This document shows positions 8,005 through 15,082 of a stretch of 36,643 nucleotides of DNA, one piece after another. Made by a program: the position numbers and the translations under genes. This stretch comes from a virus. Its lineage: Duplodnaviria; Caudoviricetes. The notes below the pieces were generated by a model. That model worked only from the letters and a program-made list of their open reading frames with translations, was not told the origin of the DNA and did not search any database. The DNA lies in IMG/VR virus record IMGVR_UViG_3300010005_000034, positions 1 through 36,643 of that record; one strand, given 5' to 3'. How positions within the stretch are numbered: the first letter of the stretch is position 1; every line of letters begins with the position of its first letter.

Positions 8005-8973
8005 ATGATCGATCCCAACAACATCCCCATCTCCTTCGAGGACATGGCCGTGTGGCTCAAAGCCCACAAAGACGCGGGCTCGCTGAGCTGGCAGGCGCTC
8101 GGCAAGCGCATGGGCCTGCCCTATGGCACTGTGTCGGGCTACACCTCGCCCAGCTTCGCCGGTAATCGCGAGAAGGCGGCGAAGATCATCTACGCCTACA
8201 AGCAGCAGGTGGAGAGCCAGGCGGCGCAATCGGCGATCGCCCTCAAGAAGATCCCGTTCGTCGAGACCAAGACGGCGAACCGCCTGATGTTCCTGATGGA
8301 ATGGGCACATGGCGGCCGGATGACCGCTGCGGCGATGGGCCCCGGCACCAGCAAGACCGAGACGGCCAGATACTACCGCGAATGCATGGGCGCCACGGTC
8401 TGCCATGTGGAGTTCAGCCAGTCCTCCAAGACGGTAAGCGCCATGATCGCGGAGGTGATGCGCGCGATGGGACTGTCCGGCCCGATCGGCTGGGTTGCTC
8501 AGCGTTCCGCCCAGGTGCGCAAGCATGTCGAGGGCCGCGACTTCCTCCTGATCGCTGACGAGGCCAACCACCTCTCCTTCGAGGCCATGGAGGAAATGCG
8601 AGCATGGCACGACCAGGCCGGGCTCGGCGTGATGTTCCTGGGCAACGAGGAGCTGGTGACCCGCATTCGCGGCAGCGCCAAGGGCCATGCCTATGCGCGC
8701 CTCAACAGCCGGATCGCGCATTTCCACATGCAGGATCTGCCGCTCGAGGAGGATATCCATACCTTCCTCGATGCCAACGGCATCGACGATCCCGCGATGA
8801 TCAAGCCTCTGCTGGAGGTGGGGTTGTCGCCGGCACATGGCGGGCTCCGCGAGATCCGGCAGGTGCTGGAATCGGCGAACATCGCCGCGATCGGCACCGA
8901 CAGCGTGCTGGAAGTCCAGCACATCCAGCAGGCGATCGCGAGCCGTACCAGCGACGCGCGGAGGCGCAGGTGA
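8005..8973 (+). CDS. MuB-like AAA+ transposition ATPase
   Basis: Follows A. It has an N-terminal HTH, Walker B LIADEANHL and ARLNSRI; Walker A is atypical (MGPGTSKT). Confidence 0.9.
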   Translation: MIDPNNIPISFEDMAVWLKAHKDAGSLSWQALGKRMGLPYGTVSGYTSPSFAGNREKAAKIIYAYKQQVESQAAQSAIALKKIPFVETKTANRLMFLMEWAHGGRMTAAAMGPGTSKTETARYYRECMGATVCHVEFSQSSKTVSAMIAEVMRAMGLSGPIGWVAQRSAQVRKHVEGRDFLLIADEANHLSFEAMEEMRAWHDQAGLGVMFLGNEELVTRIRGSAKGHAYARLNSRIAHFHMQDLPLEEDIHTFLDANGIDDPAMIKPLLEVGLSPAHGGLREIRQVLESANIAAIGTDSVLEVQHIQQAIASRTSDARRRR

Positions 8974-9227
8974 GCGGGTTCGCCGCAACGAGGCGTGGCG
9001 GCACCTGCAACCGCTACGTCCCGATGCTTCTGGCTGCGACCGAGCTCGGCCTCGAATGTCTTGAGCGGGAGCTCTCGTGCCTCCTCGAAAGCATGTGCTT
9101 GCTGGATGCCGATCTCAAGCCGCGTCGCGATACGATCGACCCGGAGTTCGAGGACGACGCCATCGTCCTTGAGCGCGCGATCGCCGAGGTTCGGGCCGTG
9201 ATCGCCGAAGTTCGAGGTGGGGCATGA
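8970..9227 (+). CDS. hypothetical protein
   Basis: GTGA-coupled 85-aa acidic helical ORF. Confidence 0.6.
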   Translation: MSGFAATRRGGTCNRYVPMLLAATELGLECLERELSCLLESMCLLDADLKPRRDTIDPEFEDDAIVLERAIAEVRAVIAEVRGGA

Positions 9228-9361
9228 AGCTGCTCCGCCGCATCGTCGACTTCCTTCGTCGGCCGGGCTGGCTGGGCTGGTCCTTCGCCATTTCCATCAT
9301 CGTCGGCACCGTCGCCGCCCAGGTGGCGCCGTGCACTTCCTGCTGGGGAGTCAATCCATGA
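9224..9361 (+). CDS. 45-aa membrane peptide (not in ORF track)
   Basis: MKLLRRIVDFLRRPGWLGWSFAISIIVGTVAAQVAPCTSCWGVNP. GAGG RBS and ATGA overlaps at both ends. Confidence 0.6.
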   Translation: MKLLRRIVDFLRRPGWLGWSFAISIIVGTVAAQVAPCTSCWGVNP

Positions 9362-9783
9362 TTACGCTTGCCGTTGCCCTGGACGAGGGCGATTGGGCCG
9401 ATCCCGTTGCGATCGCGCGTCAAAGCCTGGAGCTGATGTTCGGGCCGGTGCGCATCGCGCCGCTGCCGCCCGCTAGCGCCAAGCCCGATCCCACGGTCCG
9501 CGAGCTGGCTGAGACCGTCGCGTTCGAAATGGGCCTGAGTGTCGAGGAGCTTATCGGCGAGAGCCGGGAGCGCCGCATCTCGCGCGGTCGCTTCGCGATC
9601 GTCTGGCTCGCCTCGGCGGTTTGCGGCCGCTCCATGATGGGCATCGGTCGGGCGCTTGGGGGCCGGGACCATTCGACGATCCGCAACGCCATCGCGCGCG
9701 CGGCCGAACTCCGCGACGCCGATCCGGCGTTCAAGCGGGTGACCGACAAGATCGCCGACCAGATCCGGGGAGCGCGCGCATGA
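9358..9783 (+). CDS. DnaA C-terminal (domain IV) HTH protein
   Basis: SVEELIGESRERRISRGRFAIVWL...SMMGIGRALGGRDHSTIRNA is the Bac_DnaA_C signature. Confidence 0.88.
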   Translation: MITLAVALDEGDWADPVAIARQSLELMFGPVRIAPLPPASAKPDPTVRELAETVAFEMGLSVEELIGESRERRISRGRFAIVWLASAVCGRSMMGIGRALGGRDHSTIRNAIARAAELRDADPAFKRVTDKIADQIRGARA

Positions 9784-10541
9784 GCTCCGCCAATCGCATC
9801 TTTGGGGCGGGCGCTTCGCAGGCGTCTCGCACATGCCGGGCCGCCGCGCCGACCGCCCAACCCACCGCGCCCAATGGCGACGCGAAACTCCGTCGCATGC
9901 TCGCGGCCGTGCATGTCGCCAAGAAGGAGATGGCGCTCTGCCAGGATGACTATCGCGCGATCCTGCTCGAAGTGACCGGCAATCGGAGCGCGGGCGATTG
10001 CAACGAGGCGCAGCTCGCCCTGGTGCTGGATCGCTTCCGGGCGCGGGGATGGAAATCGGCACAGCCAAAGGGCCGTGCCGCGCCCCGCCGTGCCGACCAT
10101 GCCCCGGCCCGAAAGGCGCGCGCCCTGTGGATCTCGCTGCACGCTCTCAACGCCATCGAAGATCCCTCTGAGCGGGCGCTTGAGGCGTTCGCCAAGCGGC
10201 AGCTGAAATGCACCGCGCTCCAGTGGGCGGACCAGGGCCAGACGTTCAAGCTGATCGAGGCGCTCAAGGACATCGCCGAGCGGCATGGCTGGGAACAGTC
10301 GCTGCGCGGCGTGAAGACCGATGCCCATGTCATCGTCCTCAAGCGCCGCCTGGTCGAGGCCATCCTCGCCAAGCTGGTCGCGATCGACGCGGTGCCCGCG
10401 ACCTGGTCGGTGGCGCGGGCGGCATTCGCCTTCGGTGGCGAGGAGGTGAGCCTGCTCACCGCAAGCAGTTCCCAACTGGACATCGTCGCGCGCGAGCTCG
10501 GCGACGTTCTGCGCGATCTCAAGGGAGGGTCCCCGTCATGA
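9780..10541 (+). CDS. gemA: GemA/gp16 family (DUF1018) regulator
   Basis: LAAVHVAKKEMALCQDDYRAIL...KARALWISL...ALEAFAKRQ. Confidence 0.9.
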   Translation: MSSANRIFGAGASQASRTCRAAAPTAQPTAPNGDAKLRRMLAAVHVAKKEMALCQDDYRAILLEVTGNRSAGDCNEAQLALVLDRFRARGWKSAQPKGRAAPRRADHAPARKARALWISLHALNAIEDPSERALEAFAKRQLKCTALQWADQGQTFKLIEALKDIAERHGWEQSLRGVKTDAHVIVLKRRLVEAILAKLVAIDAVPATWSVARAAFAFGGEEVSLLTASSSQLDIVARELGDVLRDLKGGSPS

Positions 10542-10744
10542 TGCAACTCAACACCCCAGGGCAGCGGGGCTATCGCCCGACCTATCAGAGCGGCTGCGCC
10601 TGTCCCGGCTGCGCGCGGTCGAACTGGATCGTCGGCCGCGTGTCGGCGGAATGCGCCTATTGCCGCACGGCGTTGCCGCTTGCCCCGGCGCCGCTCCGCC
10701 ACGCCGAAGGAATGCGCTATCCGGCATGGGCGGTGCGGGTATGA
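10538..10744 (+). CDS. small zinc-ribbon protein
   Basis: CPGCARSNWIVGRVSAECAYCRTALPL; ATGA-coupled. Confidence 0.7.
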   Translation: MMQLNTPGQRGYRPTYQSGCACPGCARSNWIVGRVSAECAYCRTALPLAPAPLRHAEGMRYPAWAVRV

Positions 10745-10980
10745 GCCGCCGGAACGATACTGCCGCCCGCTATCGCAAGATGCTTGCGATGGTCCCGGCC
10801 AAGCAACGGCGCGCGCTCGCGCTCGGGTTCAGCGTGCGATTGCTCGATCTCCTGTCGGAAGTGAGCATGCTGCCGACACAGGTGGCCATGGCTGGCGGCC
10901 TGGCCGACGCCATCCGAGATCTCGTCCCCGCCGATGTCCGCGCGGCTCTCGCTGCCGCGTATGGGGAGGATCAGGCATGA
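10741..10980 (+). CDS. hypothetical protein
   Basis: ATGA-coupled at both ends. Confidence 0.6.
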   Translation: MSRRNDTAARYRKMLAMVPAKQRRALALGFSVRLLDLLSEVSMLPTQVAMAGGLADAIRDLVPADVRAALAAAYGEDQA

Positions 10981-11234
10981 TCGCCGTGTCCGACCATGCG
11001 CTGCTGCGCCATCTGGAGCGCGTCGAGGGCATCGATATCGAAGCGATGCGCGCGGATCTCGAACTGTCGTTCAGCCGTGCCCATGCCGCCGCCGACGAGC
11101 TCGGCCTGCGCAACTATGCGATCCGGAGCCGTGGCGTCACCTATATGGTGCGCGGCGGCACCGTCACCACCGTGTTGCCGGCGCTGGCCGAGCGCTCGCG
11201 GTACATGGCGCTCGCGGCGCGCCGGCCCGACTGA
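10977..11234 (+). CDS. conserved phage protein (VSDHALLRHLER motif)
   Basis: GGAGG RBS; the motif is typical of small phage proteins found next to Mor. Confidence 0.7.
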   Translation: MIAVSDHALLRHLERVEGIDIEAMRADLELSFSRAHAAADELGLRNYAIRSRGVTYMVRGGTVTTVLPALAERSRYMALAARRPD

Positions 11235-11235
11235 C

Positions 11236-11589
11236 ATGTCCCGCGAGCTCTCCGGCGAACTGCATGCGATGCTCGGCGACGAAGGGTTCGCCGCGCTCAC
11301 GCAGGCGTTCGGAGGGACGCGGCTGCTCGTGCCGCGCAGGCTGGACGAGGACCACGAGATCGCGAAGGCGATCGGGATTGCCCTCGCCAAGCGCCTGTCG
11401 CGGCGCTACGCCCCCGATCAGTTACGCGTGCCGCTTGCTCGCGAGCATCGGGCGCTTCATTATCGGGGCCAGGGACTCAGCAACGCCGAGATCGCGCGGC
11501 GCCTGGGGATCACCGAGACCGGCGTGGACAAGCTGTTCCGCCGCCGCCCCGACGCCCCGGCCAAGGGCTCCCAACTTTCCCTCTTCTAA
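11236..11589 (+). CDS. Mor/C-like late transcription activator
   Basis: AFGGTRLLVP plus C-terminal HTH GLSNAEIARRLGITETGV and a QLSLF tail; last gene before lysis. Confidence 0.85.
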   Translation: MSRELSGELHAMLGDEGFAALTQAFGGTRLLVPRRLDEDHEIAKAIGIALAKRLSRRYAPDQLRVPLAREHRALHYRGQGLSNAEIARRLGITETGVDKLFRRRPDAPAKGSQLSLF

Positions 11590-11596
11590 ATGCGGC

Positions 11597-11645
11597 CATG
11601 CCCGCCAGGGCGGGCATGTGATCGTTGGTGCCCCGCGCGCACTGT
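11597..11645 (+). promoter_or_regulatory. putative late promoter (Plys-like) with activator dyad
   Basis: CATGCCCGCC-AG-GGCGGGCATG, then 21 nt, then CACTGT. Confidence 0.7.
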
Positions 11646-11654
11646 CCAGTTCCA

Positions 11655-11705
11655 GGGCGGGGCGGCGTTGTAGGGGTTTGAGCCGTCCCGCCCACCTTCA
11701 TTTTC
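11655..11705 (+). terminator. GC-rich hairpin with pyrimidine tail in late leader
   Basis: GGGCGGGGCGGC (11655-66) pairs with GCCGTCCCGCCC (11682-93), followed by ACCTTCATTTTC. Confidence 0.5.
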
Positions 11706-11717
11706 GAGGTGGGCGAC

Positions 11718-12338
11718 GTGGCACTTCTCAATGTTCAGCAGCTCCAGGCGCGCCTTGGCGTGACCGTGGACGGCAAGATCGGGCCGGCGACGCTGGCGGC
11801 GCTGTTCGAGCGTGCGGGCGCGAAATCCGATGTGGCCGCCGAGCTTGGGCTCGCAGCGAACGTCCATTTCCGCACCTATGGCATCCTCGACACGCCGCTG
11901 CGCTTGGCGCACTTCATGGCGCAGTGCGCGCATGAGAGCGGCGGGTTCAAGTACGACCGCGAGGTTTGGGGCCCGACGGATACGCAGCGCGGCTATGAGG
12001 GTGCCGCGCGCCTGGGCAACGATCAGCCGGGCGACGGCAAGCGGTTTCTTGGCCGTGGCCCCGGCCAGCTGACCGGCCGGTCGAACTACCGAATCTATGG
12101 CCGCAAGCTCGGCATCGACCTGGAGAAGCGCCCCGAGCTGGTCGAGATCTGGTCGATCGGGCTGCTCGTCTTCTGCGCCTATTGGGACACCTACAACCTG
12201 AATGGCTTCGCCGACGCGGACCAGGTGTTCGCGGTCTCCAACGGCATCAATCGCGGCAATGCCTTCTCGGACAGGGAGCCGAACGGCTGGGCCGATCGCC
12301 AGCGGCGGCTCGCGGCGATGAAGGGGCTGATCCTGTGA
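11718..12338 (+). CDS. GH19 (chitinase-class) endolysin with short N-terminal peptidoglycan-binding motif
   Basis: LQARLGVTVDGKIGPATL; AHFMAQCAHESGGF; GDGKRFLGRGPGQLTGRSNY. The GAGGT RBS favours GTG 11718. Confidence 0.92.
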   Translation: MALLNVQQLQARLGVTVDGKIGPATLAALFERAGAKSDVAAELGLAANVHFRTYGILDTPLRLAHFMAQCAHESGGFKYDREVWGPTDTQRGYEGAARLGNDQPGDGKRFLGRGPGQLTGRSNYRIYGRKLGIDLEKRPELVEIWSIGLLVFCAYWDTYNLNGFADADQVFAVSNGINRGNAFSDREPNGWADRQRRLAAMKGLIL

Positions 12339-12499
12339 TCCAGTATCTCGTGATCCCGTTCGTCGCGCTCGGCGCCGGCCTCTGGCTGGGCACCGCCGCC
12401 GCCTGGTTCGCCGCCGATGCAGCCGATGTCGGGTTGCCGACCCGGCTTTGGCGCGCCTTCGCCTGGCTCCCCGCCTATCTGCGGGGGCGGCTGTCGTGA
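12335..12499 (+). CDS. small membrane protein (holin/antiholin candidate)
   Basis: 54 aa with a hydrophobic N-terminal helix; GTGA-coupled. Confidence 0.6.
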   Translation: MIQYLVIPFVALGAGLWLGTAAAWFAADAADVGLPTRLWRAFAWLPAYLRGRLS

Positions 12500-12789
12500 A
12501 GTGGTTCAAGGATCTGCTGTACGGCGGGCGCAACGAGTATCTGGACATCGTCCGGCTGCTTGGCCTGGCTGGCGGGCTCACCTTTCTCGGCATCGAGATC
12601 GCGAAGTACGTCCGTACCGGGGCGTTCGACGAGATGCAGTTCGCCTTGGCCTGGGCGAGCCTGTTCGGCTCGATCGTGGCGGGGATCTATGCCCGGAACT
12701 ATAGCGATCGCCGGCAGCGCGAAGCCGACGCCGGGGCCGTACAGGATGTCGGCGCGATCGTGCCGCCGCTGCCGGGGCCGAACCGGTGA
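12496..12789 (+). CDS. putative holin (2 TM)
   Basis: Two hydrophobic helices and a charged C-terminus, inside the lysis cassette. Confidence 0.65.
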   Translation: MKWFKDLLYGGRNEYLDIVRLLGLAGGLTFLGIEIAKYVRTGAFDEMQFALAWASLFGSIVAGIYARNYSDRRQREADAGAVQDVGAIVPPLPGPNR

Positions 12790-13130
12790 TCGCCGTGATC
12801 GCCGCATGGCTGGTCCGGCTTGGCGCCGCCCAGCGGTGGGCCCGCCCGATTGCCTGGGCGCTGCTCGCCGCCGTCCTGGTCAGTGTCGGCTGGTTGGCCT
12901 GGTCGCTGTGGATCTCGCGCCACGACCAGGCCGTCCGGTCCTCGGATCGCAACGCCGCCACCGTCCAGGTGCTCACCAACACCGTCGCCGCCGATCGCGC
13001 GGCCGGCGCCGCGAAGGGCGTGCGCGACGCGGCCTTCCGCAACGAACAAGCCAACCTCCAGGAGAAAGCCGATGCGGCTGCCGATAATGGCGCTAGCCCT
13101 CTCGACGCTGTGCTTGACCAGCTGCGCTAG
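12786..13130 (+). CDS. i-spanin (Rz-like)
   Basis: N-terminal TM followed by an Ala-rich periplasmic helix. Confidence 0.75.
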   Translation: MIAVIAAWLVRLGAAQRWARPIAWALLAAVLVSVGWLAWSLWISRHDQAVRSSDRNAATVQVLTNTVAADRAAGAAKGVRDAAFRNEQANLQEKADAAADNGASPLDAVLDQLR

Positions 13131-13407
13131 GCCGGAGCTGCGCGCGGTCCCGGTGACGCCGGATCCGGCCCGGCTCGCCGACTGCCCCGCGACCTTCCCG
13201 ATCGCGCCGGAGCTCGTGCCGCTCGCGCCGTTCCTGCTCCCGGACGGCCGGCGCGCCGTGCTGCTCGATACCGCGATCGAGCGGGACACGAAGACGGCGC
13301 ACTACATCATCGCCGGGCGCGGTGCGTGGCACGCGTGCCAATCCGCCGTCGCCTATGTCCAGGACTGGTCCGCACGCATGGGCACGGGATCGGCGGTGAA
13401 GCCGTGA
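13072..13407 (+). CDS. o-spanin (Rz1-like lipoprotein)
   Basis: Overlaps the Rz 3' end in another frame; signal peptide with lipobox LTS-C; Pro-rich. Confidence 0.78.
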   Translation: MRLPIMALALSTLCLTSCARPELRAVPVTPDPARLADCPATFPIAPELVPLAPFLLPDGRRAVLLDTAIERDTKTAHYIIAGRGAWHACQSAVAYVQDWSARMGTGSAVKP

Positions 13408-13637
13408 CGACCTTCTGGTCCTTCCTTCTCGCGCTAGCCATGATCTCGGTTGCGGGGTCGATCTTCGTCACCATCAACAGGCCGTGGCGCATGCTCGACC
13501 GCGAGGATCGCTGGCTTGCCTGGGCGCTGATGTTCGCCTGGCTCCCGATCGCGCTGGCGATGCTAGTGGAGCTACTGGTTGAATACGTCGAAGCCAAGCG
13601 GGCCGACAGAGCCGCGAGGGCCGCCCGTGGAAGGTGA
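13404..13637 (+). CDS. 2-TM membrane protein
   Basis: Two hydrophobic stretches and a basic C-terminus; GTGA-coupled. Confidence 0.6.
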   Translation: MTTFWSFLLALAMISVAGSIFVTINRPWRMLDREDRWLAWALMFAWLPIALAMLVELLVEYVEAKRADRAARAARGR

Positions 13638-13845
13638 CGACAACGTCGTTGCGGCGGCCGAGGCAACCGTTGCGCGCCAGACCGACACGACCATCGCCGG
13701 CATTCGCGCGCGCCTGGACGCGCCCGGCTCCGCCGACTGCCGCGATTGCGGCGAAGAGATCGAGCCCGCGCGCCGCGCAGCGCTCCCCTCGGCGACGCGG
13801 TGCGTCGCCTGCCAGGGACTGTCCGAACGTAGGGGGAAGCATTGA
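13627..13845 (+). CDS. TraR/DksA C4 zinc-finger protein
   Basis: CRDCGEEIEPARRAALPSATRCVACQ. Confidence 0.9.
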   Translation: MEGDDNVVAAAEATVARQTDTTIAGIRARLDAPGSADCRDCGEEIEPARRAALPSATRCVACQGLSERRGKH

Positions 13846-14168
13846 GCCTGAATACGATCGTCGCGGTGCTGTCCGCTGCGTCCTTGCTGATCAGCATAGG
13901 CACCGCTCTGTGGAGCTGGCTGTCGAAGGGCAATGCTGCCGTCGCTGCCGCGCTTGAGCGGGTCGTGAACAAGCAGATCGAGCACGACCGCCGCATCCAG
14001 AAGGTGGAGGATCAGCTCCCCCATATGCCGACTGCGCGCGAGGTGGCGGAGCTGGTGACCGAGATGCGCGGTGTGACCGAGCGGCTCAGCTCGATCTCCC
14101 AGGATGTCCATCGGCAGGGCGAGAGCATTCGCCGGATCGAGGACGTGATGCTGGAGGGCGGACGATGA
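13842..14168 (+). CDS. Mu gp25-like (DUF2730) membrane-anchored coiled-coil protein
   Basis: N-terminal TM, RIQKVEDQLPHMPT and position before gp26. Confidence 0.8.
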   Translation: MSLNTIVAVLSAASLLISIGTALWSWLSKGNAAVAAALERVVNKQIEHDRRIQKVEDQLPHMPTAREVAELVTEMRGVTERLSSISQDVHRQGESIRRIEDVMLEGGR

Positions 14169-14467
14169 ACCTCGCCACCGAAATGTCCGCCGATGCGCGT
14201 CTCATGATCCTTCGGGAGCTTGCCGAGCAGGTCGACGGGCGGCTCTACGACAAGCAGCTCCAGCGGGTGCTTGGGATGAACCTGATCCGGCGCACCATGG
14301 ATTGGGTGCGCACCGAGCTCCGCGCCATGAAGGAGCTGGGCGTGATCAAGATCATCGTCGTCGGCGAAGACGATATGTGGATCGCCGAGCTGCTTCCGCT
14401 TGGCCAGGAGCATCTCGACCGCCTGCGCATAATCGAGGGCATCGCGCGCCCCAAGAGCAGGCCATAG
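14165..14467 (+). CDS. Mu gp26-like winged-helix protein
   Basis: DARLMILREL..WVRTELRAMKELG..IIEGIARP. Confidence 0.82.
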   Translation: MNLATEMSADARLMILRELAEQVDGRLYDKQLQRVLGMNLIRRTMDWVRTELRAMKELGVIKIIVVGEDDMWIAELLPLGQEHLDRLRIIEGIARPKSRP

Positions 14468-14470
14468 GCC

Positions 14471-15082
14471 ATGTCCGCGCCCGATCAGGAAAGGCGTGAG
14501 GGGCGCGGCCGGCTCTCCACGATCGATCTCCTTCCCGACGCGGCCGAGGAAGATATCGTGTGGGCGCTGGAGCAGCTGCGCGCCCGCGCGATCCCGCAGA
14601 ACCTGATCCTGGACCAGTTCAATGCGCGGCTCGGCTCGCGCGGGATCGCGCCGGTCAGCAAGTCGGCCTTCTCGCGCTGGTCCGTCCGCAAGGCGATCCA
14701 GTTCCGCCGCCTGGATGAGGTCCGCTCGATCACCAACGATATCGTCGCCAGCCTGGGGGCCGGCGACGCCGACGACGTGACGATCGCGGTGGCCGAGATC
14801 CTGAAGGCGTCCATCTATGAGAAGGTCGAGGGCGGCGATCTCAAGTCGAAGGAGATCCTGGAGCTGTCCCGCTCGCTCGGCAACCTGGTGTCCGCACAGA
14901 AGGGTTCGGCGGCGTATCGCCGCGTCCTGGAGGAGCGCGCGAACAGCATGATCGAACAGGCCGCCGATCGCGCGGCCGACGTGCTCACCCGCGAGGCCGG
15001 GCTCAGCGCCGAACGCGTCGCGCAGATCCGCCGCGACGTGCTGGGGCTGCGGGTTCCGCCGAGCAACGGAGCCAGCGCATGA
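14471..15082 (+). CDS. Mu gp27-like (DUF3486), putative small terminase
   Basis: GRLSTIDLLP..VSKSAFSRW..AGLSAERVAQIRRDVLG. Confidence 0.85.
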   Translation: MSAPDQERREGRGRLSTIDLLPDAAEEDIVWALEQLRARAIPQNLILDQFNARLGSRGIAPVSKSAFSRWSVRKAIQFRRLDEVRSITNDIVASLGAGDADDVTIAVAEILKASIYEKVEGGDLKSKEILELSRSLGNLVSAQKGSAAYRRVLEERANSMIEQAADRAADVLTREAGLSAERVAQIRRDVLGLRVPPSNGASA

